From a virus (Duplodnaviria; Caudoviricetes): DNA of 64,000 nt. The notes beneath the pieces are model-generated. The model was not told where the DNA came from. It worked only from the letters and a program-made list of their open reading frames with translations, and ran no database searches. Each line of letters opens with the position of its first letter. The stretch's first letter is position 1. Positions 36,525 to 45,424 of this stretch are shown here, one piece after another. The DNA is taken from the IMG/VR virus record IMGVR_UViG_3300037400_008007, positions 1 to 64,000 of that record, one strand, 5' to 3'. A program made the position numbers and the translations under genes.

Positions 36525-36594
36525 TTTGCACTTTGGAGTTCACTGCTTTATGGAGAGCTATTATTTTGGTGGTACTTATAAATATGTAAATTTG
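36525..36594 (+). promoter_or_regulatory. Putative late promoter of the head operon
   Basis: TTTGCACTTTGGAGTTCACT starts 62 bp before TAAATTTG (36587-36594). Confidence 0.55.
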
Positions 36595-36622
36595 TGGCAG
36601 AAATCTATAAGTAACAGAAGAA

Positions 36623-37936
36623 ATGGCAAAACTACGAATTTACAACGAGATTGTAGACGAGGAAACCAAGGTCATGTACCAAGACTGGTGCGGAACGGAC
36701 GGTGTCTGCTATAAGGACATCGCTTCTTTCATTGACTCCATCGAGGAAGGTGACAATGTGATTGATATTCGTCTGCATTGCCCTGGCGGTGATTGTATTG
36801 AGGGCTGGGCTATCTATGATGCTCTTCGCAATTCCGGCAAGGAGATTTCGGCTACCATTGAGGGCGAGTGTTCGTCTATGGCGACTATCGTCTTGCTTGC
36901 AGCCCCGAAGGAGCGTCGCTTCGGATTCGCAAATTCACGGCTCTGTATTCACAACCCTGCGGTTGCATGGCTTGACCTCTGGAGTGAAGAGCGTCTGACA
37001 GCAGACGAACTCGACCGTTTGAAGGGCAAGCTTGATGTGCAGAAGCAGTCTATCATTGAGGAACAGAATAAAATCCTCAACCTCTATGTGGAGCGCACAG
37101 GTGCAGACCGTGGCGCACTGCAAGCTCTGATGAATGAGGACAAGTATGTCGAAATGGATAAGGCTATTGAGCTTGGCTTCATTTCCTCAACAGTTGCCCC
37201 CAATACGGCATCGAAAGCTAAACATCAAAAAACCAATAAAAAAATGAAGAAAACAGAAGTTAAAGAAAATGTGCTGAAGAAGCTGCTGGCACTGGCAGGC
37301 TTCGGCAAGATTGAGGACGTGGAAGCCGCAATACTCAATCAGAAAATTACCGCAGCAGACGGTACGGAGTTTACAGTTGAGCGCGAGGATGGCGACCCGC
37401 AGGTGGGTGACAAAGCCTATCCAAACGGCACCTACACGCTGGACGATGGAACAGTGGTTGTCGTGGCCAATGAGGTCATCGAGAGCATCACCCCTGTTGG
37501 TGGCAAAGACGATGACGACGAGGCTCTCAAGGACTTGCAGCAGAAGGTCGATGACTTGACCGCACAGGTTGAGACGTTGACAAATGAGAAGCAGGCACTC
37601 GCAGACGAGAAGGCTACTCTTGAGTCTGACAAGGCTGCACTGGAGCAACAGGTCACAGACCTCACCAACGAGAAGGCCACTCTCGAAGCTGACAAGCAGA
37701 CGCTCACCGAGGCTCAGAAAACCGAGGAAGAGACTGCTATCCTTGACATCGTTACCAAGGCAGGCGGCAAGGCTTGGCTGGATAAGGTCTGCAACATGCA
37801 GTCCACGTTCCACCCTGGCAATCGTGCTTTCGTTGAGAAGAACGGTGGCAACAAGCATGAGGGTGAGACCAAGACCCAGAAGATGCTCCGTGAGCAGCGT
37901 GAGGCACAGGAAGCCAAGCGTAACGCTCGCAAGTAA
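36623..37936 (+). CDS. ClpP-type prohead protease fused to a coiled-coil scaffold-like region
   Basis: RLHCPGGD, CSSMAT (catalytic Ser), IHNP (His); C-terminal heptad repeats. Confidence 0.85.
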   Translation: MAKLRIYNEIVDEETKVMYQDWCGTDGVCYKDIASFIDSIEEGDNVIDIRLHCPGGDCIEGWAIYDALRNSGKEISATIEGECSSMATIVLLAAPKERRFGFANSRLCIHNPAVAWLDLWSEERLTADELDRLKGKLDVQKQSIIEEQNKILNLYVERTGADRGALQALMNEDKYVEMDKAIELGFISSTVAPNTASKAKHQKTNKKMKKTEVKENVLKKLLALAGFGKIEDVEAAILNQKITAADGTEFTVEREDGDPQVGDKAYPNGTYTLDDGTVVVVANEVIESITPVGGKDDDDEALKDLQQKVDDLTAQVETLTNEKQALADEKATLESDKAALEQQVTDLTNEKATLEADKQTLTEAQKTEEETAILDIVTKAGGKAWLDKVCNMQSTFHPGNRAFVEKNGGNKHEGETKTQKMLREQREAQEAKRNARK

Positions 37937-37982
37937 GAGCCAATAAGAAACAGAAGTAAAACATCAAAAACCAAATTAAATT

Positions 37983-39065
37983 ATGAATTTCGAACAGTTT
38001 ACAGTAGACAATGGTGCGATAAGAGACCTTAACGAGCTCTTGTTCACCTCCGTGTTCAACGACCCCGATCTGGAGCGTGTTATCACTCCGATGACCAATG
38101 TTGAGAACGGCAAGAAGCTGGGCTACGTTGACCGCATGGGCGACGTCGGCACAGCTGGTAGCGGCTGCAACCCCACCTATACCGATGTGGAAATCACAGG
38201 CTTCGAGAAGACTTGGGATTTGGGCGATTGGGAAATCCCCAAGAGTATCTGCTACAAAGACCTCGAAGACACCATCGCCCGTTACGGCATGAACGCTGGT
38301 ACCGAGCGAGCAGACCTGCAGGACACTCCCTATTGGGATAAGTTCCTCATTCCTCTGCTCAAGTCGGCCATCAACGACATGTTCTGGCGACTGGTCTGGT
38401 TCGGTGACAAGCAGGCCCAGCATGTTTCCGATGGCGGTGTTATCACCGAGAGCGTAGACCTCAAACTTCTCAAAGTGTGCGACGGCCTGTGGAAGCGCCT
38501 GGAGGCTATTGTGGCAAGCAATCCCAATCAGAAGATTACGATTGCCGCCAACTCGGAGGACACCTATGCTGGTCAGAAGTCAGCTCTCCGCACGTCGGGA
38601 GTGGCTGTTGGCATCGTAGATGACCTGCTGACCGAGGCAGATGGTCGTATCTTCGACAAGCCAGACCACGCAATCTTCATGACCAACTCTCTCTTCAAGG
38701 CTTTGCGTACCGACGTGAAGAACCTCCACAACATTCAGATGCCTGTGGAAACCGTCATGTCTGGCATCCAGCTTTCGGAGTACGACGGTCACAAGGTGGT
38801 TGTGCTTGATGTATGGGACCGTATGATTAAGAAGTACGAGACCATCGTCACTGGTACTGGCAATGCCGCCAAGACAACCTTGAACTGCCCGCACCGCGCT
38901 CTGCTGGCTTCGCCTCAGAACCTCTTCGCAGGAACATCTGACAAGGACCGCATGGCCTCTCTCACCGTGAAGTTTGACGACCGTAAGCGCGACAACTTCA
39001 TCTATGCAGGCTCGAACCTCGGAACTCTCGTAGGTGAGGATGAGCTTATCCAGATTGCTATCTAA
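37983..39065 (+). CDS. Major capsid protein
   Basis: 360 aa, directly after the protease, in the head operon. Confidence 0.75.
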   Translation: MNFEQFTVDNGAIRDLNELLFTSVFNDPDLERVITPMTNVENGKKLGYVDRMGDVGTAGSGCNPTYTDVEITGFEKTWDLGDWEIPKSICYKDLEDTIARYGMNAGTERADLQDTPYWDKFLIPLLKSAINDMFWRLVWFGDKQAQHVSDGGVITESVDLKLLKVCDGLWKRLEAIVASNPNQKITIAANSEDTYAGQKSALRTSGVAVGIVDDLLTEADGRIFDKPDHAIFMTNSLFKALRTDVKNLHNIQMPVETVMSGIQLSEYDGHKVVVLDVWDRMIKKYETIVTGTGNAAKTTLNCPHRALLASPQNLFAGTSDKDRMASLTVKFDDRKRDNFIYAGSNLGTLVGEDELIQIAI

Positions 39066-39086
39066 ACCCTAAAACCCCGATAGATT

Positions 39087-39698
39087 ATGTCAGAAACATG
39101 TGATTTCAAACTGGCTAAGGACATTGCAGGGTCTTGTGACAACCCGCAAGTCGCCGGAGTCAAGAATACTGGCTACCTCATCAACTTTGATGACATCGAT
39201 TGGGACACATTGGCAAAGGATGGAAGCAACGACCACATCGTCAGCACACTGTTGCTGGCGAGTGGTAAGCGTGCTTACAAAGTGGTGGTGCCTGGCAGCA
39301 CTCCTTTCACTGGTACGCAGACCGTCCTCGCCACTGGAACCTATCGTAATAAGTTCACAAAGACGGCATCCATTGTTGTTCTTGACAGCGGCCCCGATGT
39401 AGCGAAGAACGTCATTGACCAGCTGGCCAACGGACGCTTTGTGTTCATCTTCGAGAACAAGTACGCAGGCGAAGGTAAGCAGAACACCTTTGAGATTTAC
39501 GGTCTCGAACAGGGTTTGACCGCAACGGAAATGACCAATGACAAGTACTCAGAGGAAACCGATGGCGGTTGGGCTGTAACATTGGAAGAGACTGGTGCTC
39601 CCACCAGTGGCCTGTTCTTCTTCAAGGACAGCATCGCAACTACACGTGCAGCTCTTGCTTCTCTTGTAACTGGAACAAACCCACAGGCTAACGAGTAG
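39087..39698 (+). CDS. Putative major tail (tube) protein
   Basis: 203 aa, beta-rich, follows the capsid gene. Confidence 0.55.
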   Translation: MSETCDFKLAKDIAGSCDNPQVAGVKNTGYLINFDDIDWDTLAKDGSNDHIVSTLLLASGKRAYKVVVPGSTPFTGTQTVLATGTYRNKFTKTASIVVLDSGPDVAKNVIDQLANGRFVFIFENKYAGEGKQNTFEIYGLEQGLTATEMTNDKYSEETDGGWAVTLEETGAPTSGLFFFKDSIATTRAALASLVTGTNPQANE

Positions 39699-39703
39699 GC
39701 AGT

Positions 39704-40426
39704 GTGATTATGGCCAATTACGAGGAAACTCTAATGACGCTTGAGGAAATGAGAAGTCGGTATCATACTGGCTTCTCATCTTCCGACAAGGGAATCATAG
39801 AACGGCTCTACTTGCAGGTATGTGGCAAGAGAGTCCGTAACACAGGGTGTAAGGATTGCTGGCGCGATGCTTACATTGAGACGTACACCAAATTAAAAAA
39901 GACAGGAACAATGAAGAAACCAAATTACACCTTGAAGGCAGGTGCGATTGTTCACCCCCAAGGTACGAGCAACTTTTATGCTCTCAACAACATCCCCGAT
40001 GAGGTGGCAGAGAACTGGCTCGGTCAATTCCCAAACGAGATTTTCAAGTTCGAGACTTATCCCGCTGATTGGGAGTCACGAGTCAAGGCGCGTAAGGAAG
40101 GCACCGTGGTAGAGCCGACCATCGACGAATTGAAGGCAAAGGTGGAGGCACTGGAAGCCGCCAATGAAGCTAAGGACGTAGAGATTGAGGCTTTGAAGGC
40201 CAATGGCAGCACCGATGACGGAGCAGCAGCTATGGAGATTGAAACCCTCAAAGCCGACCTTGCTACTGCCAATGAGAATGTCGAAAAGGCAAAGGCAGAA
40301 GGTCAGGCAGAAGTAGAGGCTCTGAATAAGACCATCGACGAATTGAAGGCAAAGGTGGAGGCACTGGAAGCCGAGCTGGACGCTGCCAAGAAAAAGACCA
40401 CAAAAAAGGCTGCAGCAGCCGAGTAA
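39704..40426 (+). CDS. Hypothetical coiled-coil protein with an internal duplication
   Basis: CxxC in the N-terminal part; TIDELKAKVEALEA occurs twice. Confidence 0.65.
   Translation: MIMANYEETLMTLEEMRSRYHTGFSSSDKGIIERLYLQVCGKRVRNTGCKDCWRDAYIETYTKLKKTGTMKKPNYTLKAGAIVHPQGTSNFYALNNIPDEVAENWLGQFPNEIFKFETYPADWESRVKARKEGTVVEPTIDELKAKVEALEAANEAKDVEIEALKANGSTDDGAAAMEIETLKADLATANENVEKAKAEGQAEVEALNKTIDELKAKVEALEAELDAAKKKTTKKAAAAE
40117..40373 (+). repeat. Perfect 44-bp direct repeat (40117-40160 and 40330-40373)
   Basis: GACCATCGACGAATTGAAGGCAAAGGTGGAGGCACTGGAAGCCG twice, 213 bp apart, in frame. Confidence 0.95.
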
Positions 40427-40451
40427 CAAATATATTTAGCCCATTGCCATA

Positions 40452-41618
40452 ATGAATATCAATAATGTAAAACGTGCGAAGAAACGCATCGACACCGCTT
40501 ATTTGAGTAACCTTGGCATACAGAGCTACGGACGTGACAACCTCTATCCGCAGCGAATGTATGACCTTATTCGTAGTAGTGCCAATGGTGGAACGTGCTG
40601 TGAGCGTTATCAGACATTCATCGAGGGCAATGGGCTGAATAATACTGACTTTGCCGAATACGAGTGCAACCGCATAGGGCAGACCGTTGATGACATCTAC
40701 CGCTTGCTGGCACAAGATATGGCATATCATCATGGCTTTGCTCTTCATGTGAACTATAACATGATGTGTCAAATTGTGGAGATTAACCATATTCCTTTCA
40801 TGCAGTGTCGTTTGGAGGAAGAGACTCCAGACGGAAAGGTAGTCCACATCAAGATACACCCAGACTGGACGGGCCACAAGACACGTAAGGGCAAAACTAT
40901 CAGAGTATCGAACGAGAACATCAAGAACATCTACACGTTCAACCCTCGCAGGGAGGTCGTGATGTCGCAGATAGAAGCCAGTGGCGGCATCGAGAAATAC
41001 AGAGGGCAGGTGCTGTGGTTTTCCATGGATGGCAAGTGGGACTACCCCGTGCCTATCTACGACAAGGTAGTGACCAGTCTTTCGTCTGATGAGGGGCTGG
41101 ATAACGTGATGTATCGCAATGTGCGAAATAACTTCCTTGTTGCAGGTATGCTCATTCACAAGAAAGGTTCTACACTTGGCATAGACGATGAAGGCAATCC
41201 TATTAAGGACGAAAAGGAAAGTGACATCAGCGAGAGTCTGAACATCTTCCAAGGCGACGAAAACGCTTGCGCCATTATGGACGTTACGATCGAGTCGGAA
41301 GATGACAAGCCGGACTTCGTGAAGTTCGAGGCCGCGAACTTCGACAAGAAGTATGAGCGTACCGAGGAAAGCGTCACGTCTCGAATCTATGCAGCTTTCG
41401 GACAGGAGCCTTGGTATCGCATCCGTAATGGCTCACTTGGCTTTAGTAGTGAAGTCTTGTCAGAAGCCTACGAATACTACAACTCCTATGTCAGCAAGGA
41501 ACGTCGTGCTATCAGCCGTGCGTTGAAGCGTATCTTTGACCACTGGCATGAAGATGTTAACCCCTCTGGAGATTATGAAGTACAACCACTTGTATATGTA
41601 AGCAACGCAAAGAAATGA
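40452..41618 (+). CDS. Portal protein
   Basis: 388 aa; YGRDNLYPQ...TFIEGNG pattern; in the head module. Confidence 0.75.
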   Translation: MNINNVKRAKKRIDTAYLSNLGIQSYGRDNLYPQRMYDLIRSSANGGTCCERYQTFIEGNGLNNTDFAEYECNRIGQTVDDIYRLLAQDMAYHHGFALHVNYNMMCQIVEINHIPFMQCRLEEETPDGKVVHIKIHPDWTGHKTRKGKTIRVSNENIKNIYTFNPRREVVMSQIEASGGIEKYRGQVLWFSMDGKWDYPVPIYDKVVTSLSSDEGLDNVMYRNVRNNFLVAGMLIHKKGSTLGIDDEGNPIKDEKESDISESLNIFQGDENACAIMDVTIESEDDKPDFVKFEAANFDKKYERTEESVTSRIYAAFGQEPWYRIRNGSLGFSSEVLSEAYEYYNSYVSKERRAISRALKRIFDHWHEDVNPSGDYEVQPLVYVSNAKK

Positions 41619-42154
41619 CACACCTACTGACAACAATCGAGCTTAGAACACTCGGACGACCTATCGGCAAGGTTGCCGACGATAAACTTACAGCATTCAT
41701 CACCGAAGCCGAGCAACTGCACGTTAAGCCCATCCTCGGTGATGAATTGTTTTTAGAATTGCAAAAGGAGGTGGAAAACACCGATGAGGACAATTCTAAC
41801 ACCAACTTGCAGATGTTGCTTTCTGGAGGAACCTACTACATCAACCAAGGTTGCGAGAATGAGACCATTCGCAGTTTCCAAGGCTTAAAGACTGCTATTG
41901 CGTATTTCGTGTATGCGCAGAACCTCATGGTGGGCGACATCGAGAGTACACGTTTTGGTTCTGTCATCAAGAATGGTGACTATTCTACTCACGTCTCATC
42001 AAAGGAACGGTCGGACGCATACAATAACACGCTTGAGATAGCCAATGCCTACCTCAAGGAATGTGTAGAGTTCTGCAAGGCCAATGGACTTATCAAGGTA
42101 GCTGGGAAGCCTGTTGCTTCTCTTGGAGGAATCACAATTAAACGAATAGGATAA
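41615..42154 (+). CDS. Putative head-tail adaptor (DUF6712-like)
   Basis: EAEQLHVKPILGDELF...GLKTAIAYFVYA, directly after the portal. Confidence 0.6.
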   Translation: MTHLLTTIELRTLGRPIGKVADDKLTAFITEAEQLHVKPILGDELFLELQKEVENTDEDNSNTNLQMLLSGGTYYINQGCENETIRSFQGLKTAIAYFVYAQNLMVGDIESTRFGSVIKNGDYSTHVSSKERSDAYNNTLEIANAYLKECVEFCKANGLIKVAGKPVASLGGITIKRIG

Positions 42155-42160
42155 ACTGAT

Positions 42161-43162
42161 ATGATAAACATTGAAGGACTTTTAGGCAAGGTTGCTAATA
42201 ATGGTGCGACGCTATTGGGAATACTCGCACATGGAGAGTGGAATACGCTTGTGCAGGCTGTCCGTGAGTTGCAACAAATTGTTGCTTCTGACAGTCGGCT
42301 TGCCAACATGCAAGCAGCGATCAATCAGTTTAGCGAGGAAATTGAAAGTTTCAGCTCAACTTATAGCGCAGATTTGCAGAACGTAAATACTGCAATCGAC
42401 AATAATCATTTGCTTTATGATGTAGTCAGAATTGCTGGTGTTCTTGATAGTGCAACAACAACAAGTGGGACAGTCACCCAGAGTGTCACTTGGGAAGATG
42501 TGTATTATGTCAAGAACACAAACAGGTTCGTCTGTAAGAGAGGTGACGAATATTATACTTCTTGGAACGGAATGTTCGATTGGTGTGCTGACTCAAGCGG
42601 TGTTCCTTACAGGACAAAAGCATATTTGGGTGACGGTGAAGTATACTCGTATGACACAAACGCCCACGAACTAAAATTGATTGGAGATGCTCGCTACCAA
42701 AGGCTCCTGACTGAAATAAACGAACTGACAACAAATTTGGGGAGTCTTTACGAAGAACTACAAGAGTATGAAGCCAAGCAAGAAACAAGTTTGACTCATG
42801 CTCATTTTGAAGGTTTTATCAGCGGGGTTATACATATGGAGCAAATCAGTCTTGATAATTATGTTGCCGCGAACAGCCATGTGTTGTATTATAGAGATTT
42901 GCACAAGTTCATTCTTCGTTATGGTGTAAAGTATTATTCCTCATGGCAAAACATGGCTGACTATAATGACGCTAATACGGGGCATCCTTACACGAACAAA
43001 ATATACATCTATGCAAATCAGATGTACATGTATGACTTTGATAATGGTATTCTTAAACCAATAAGTATCGGACTATTAGGCCCGATGACAGCTGCCGAGT
43101 ATGAAGCCTTGGGAAGTGACGTAAACGACGATATTCTATACGCAATATACGAGGAGGAATAG
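42161..43162 (+). CDS. Tail-fibre-associated structural protein
   Basis: Two internal repeats (YYTSWNGM / YYSSWQNM); C-terminal MTAAEYEAL...YAIYEE motif. Confidence 0.5.
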   Translation: MINIEGLLGKVANNGATLLGILAHGEWNTLVQAVRELQQIVASDSRLANMQAAINQFSEEIESFSSTYSADLQNVNTAIDNNHLLYDVVRIAGVLDSATTTSGTVTQSVTWEDVYYVKNTNRFVCKRGDEYYTSWNGMFDWCADSSGVPYRTKAYLGDGEVYSYDTNAHELKLIGDARYQRLLTEINELTTNLGSLYEELQEYEAKQETSLTHAHFEGFISGVIHMEQISLDNYVAANSHVLYYRDLHKFILRYGVKYYSSWQNMADYNDANTGHPYTNKIYIYANQMYMYDFDNGILKPISIGLLGPMTAAEYEALGSDVNDDILYAIYEEE

Positions 43163-43165
43163 CCC

Positions 43166-43339
43166 ATGCTATATTTGAGCAAGAAAGAAATCGTGGAGTT
43201 GTATCTGCAGGGCAAGGCTCTGACGGAACTCCGAAAGGGCGCAAGGCTTATATGGCAAGCCGTCCGTTCTTGCTTCGGTAGTGGCAGCTGGATAAACGAC
43301 AAGCCTTGGCTCAACGATGAGGGTTGGAGAAACAGTTAA
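43166..43339 (+). CDS. 57-aa protein (not in ORF track), paralogue of the next gene
   Basis: Manual translation ending IWQAVRSCFGSGSWINDKPWLNDEGWRNS*. Confidence 0.7.
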   Translation: MLYLSKKEIVELYLQGKALTELRKGARLIWQAVRSCFGSGSWINDKPWLNDEGWRNS

Positions 43340-43351
43340 GAGAACAGGCTT

Positions 43352-43582
43352 ATGGAGTATGTAGTCAAAGAAGGCACTGCCAGGCAGGTTGTCAGCCGTT
43401 ACAAGGCCATTCTCGACAACGAGACAAACACGATGAAGGCTGTCTCACTTAAAGCAATCTATCGTGTTATAGGGGGTGTGGCAAAGCTGGTATGGGAACT
43501 TATACGCTCCTGTTTTGGTAGCGGCTCTTGGATAAATGACCGCCCTTGGAACAATGCAGACGGTTGGAATAACGGAACGTAA
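43352..43582 (+). CDS. 76-aa protein, paralogue of the previous gene
   Basis: Ends VWELIRSCFGSGSWINDRPWNNADGWNNGT. Confidence 0.7.
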   Translation: MEYVVKEGTARQVVSRYKAILDNETNTMKAVSLKAIYRVIGGVAKLVWELIRSCFGSGSWINDRPWNNADGWNNGT

Positions 43583-43596
43583 CTCAAATTGAAAAT

Positions 43597-45405
43597 ATGA
43601 AGCAAGAAATCAAGACTTACAGAATAGGGAATGACCTGCATCTGAAGTGGCCGATACTCACCAATGGCGAGCCACAGCCACTTGATAGCCGTGACCTTAG
43701 TCTTTATGTCGTTGACCCAATGGGTAACAGGAAACGCATAAAGGTGTTCGGTAGAGAGGCGAACGTCATTTCTTTTGTTTTCTCCCATTCAGACCAGAAG
43801 CATCTTGGAGTCTATGACCTCATGCTCTACGAGAACGAGGGTAAGGAACATCAAACTGTTACTGATAGCTGCTGTGCTTTCCAGTTGGTTGAGAAGAGTT
43901 GCCATATACCTGCAAGCATGGCAGATGAGACCCCACTTGACGCTGGTGAAGTCAATGTAGGAATACACGGCTTGTCTGCTTACGAGATTGCTGTCAATCA
44001 TGGTTATGAAGGAAGTGAAGAGAAATGGGTACAGGACTTTGAAACCGTACTCAATTCCACCGAACTTTGTGTAACGTCCGCTGAAAAAGCTGAAAATGTA
44101 TTGGAGCGAACCGAGCAGCTGTTTGAAGAGCTTTCTACTATTGAAGAAGCGGAGCAGGGTCGTGTTGCCAATGAGGGGCAGCGTCAGCAGGCAGAAACAG
44201 AAAGGAGCGAAGCCGAGACACTGCGCTTGCAAGCTGAAAATGAAAGGGCTACAGCCGAGAGCAGCCGTTCGGAAGCCGAAGAGCAGAGAGCCGAAGCAGA
44301 GAGTTTGCGCGTCAGTGCAGAGCTTGTAAGAGAGCAGACGGTTACAGAAGGCGAGGCTCAACGTAATCAGTCGATTGCAGATGGTGAAGAAAGCCGTAAT
44401 GAACAAGTTCAACTTGGAGAGCAGGAACGGAATCGAGTTGTTACAGAAGGAGAACAAGAGCGTAACAGAATCATATTAGAGGGTGAGACAAGCCGTAACA
44501 GGGTTATTGCTGATGGTGAAACCCAGCGGAATGAAGCCTTTAACGAAAGCCAGACAACTCGCATGACGCAATATTACGATGCGGAAGCTGGACGTGATGC
44601 TCAATATTCCCGTGCGGAAAACAGCCGAAATCTACAATTCGCAGAATCAGAGGAAGAGAGAAACACCCAATTCTCCGAGGCTCAAGAAACAAGAGTAACC
44701 ACCTTTGAGCGTTCGGAGAGGACGAGACAAGATAATTACGAAGCCGCAGAGGCAGACAGGGAAATACGCACTTCTGCCGCTGTTGCAGAAGTCACAAATG
44801 GCACAAATAGGCTCAACCAACTTGAAGAGGCGCATAACAATGCGGAGAGCGAGCGAGTAGCAGCTGAAAACAGCAGAAATGCCGCAGAGCTTTTGCGCAA
44901 AGAGAATGAGACTAATCGTAAGCTACAAGAGACGCAGCGTTATTCTGCAGAGCAACGCAGAGACGCAGCCGAGAATGTAAGGCAGAACGCAGAAGTGGCC
45001 AGAGACCGTGCGGAGCAAGCGAGACTTCAGAGTGACCTTACTTATAAGGAGAGTGAAGCAATCCGAGTGACGCAGGAAAGGAGCCGCGACAATGCAGAAC
45101 AGAACCGCATAGCGGCTGAAAGGCAGCGCGTGAGTGCAGAAAACGAGCGTATAATTGTAGACCAGCAGAGAACGGAAGCTGTCAACAATGCTGTGCAGGG
45201 CCTTGATGACAAGTGGACTGAAAAGGAGGCAGAGATCGATTCTGACATAAATACCATGTGCAACAATGGCGAGGCAAGGATAGACGCAGCCATTGCCGCG
45301 TTTAATAGAGTCGAGAGAGTTCTGACACAAGAAGAGTTTGATGCTATCGTGTCTGCAGGCGGGCTTGTAGAAGGCTGTGACTATAAGATAATCGAAGAGG
45401 ACTAA
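43597..45405 (+). CDS. Tail fibre or stalk protein with a long coiled coil
   Basis: HGLSAYEIAVNHGYEGSEEKW fibre motif, Glu/Arg-rich repeats, C-terminal LTQEEFDAI...YKIIEED. Confidence 0.65.
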   Translation: MKQEIKTYRIGNDLHLKWPILTNGEPQPLDSRDLSLYVVDPMGNRKRIKVFGREANVISFVFSHSDQKHLGVYDLMLYENEGKEHQTVTDSCCAFQLVEKSCHIPASMADETPLDAGEVNVGIHGLSAYEIAVNHGYEGSEEKWVQDFETVLNSTELCVTSAEKAENVLERTEQLFEELSTIEEAEQGRVANEGQRQQAETERSEAETLRLQAENERATAESSRSEAEEQRAEAESLRVSAELVREQTVTEGEAQRNQSIADGEESRNEQVQLGEQERNRVVTEGEQERNRIILEGETSRNRVIADGETQRNEAFNESQTTRMTQYYDAEAGRDAQYSRAENSRNLQFAESEEERNTQFSEAQETRVTTFERSERTRQDNYEAAEADREIRTSAAVAEVTNGTNRLNQLEEAHNNAESERVAAENSRNAAELLRKENETNRKLQETQRYSAEQRRDAAENVRQNAEVARDRAEQARLQSDLTYKESEAIRVTQERSRDNAEQNRIAAERQRVSAENERIIVDQQRTEAVNNAVQGLDDKWTEKEAEIDSDINTMCNNGEARIDAAIAAFNRVERVLTQEEFDAIVSAGGLVEGCDYKIIEED

Positions 45406-45424
45406 AACCAACAATCATATTATT

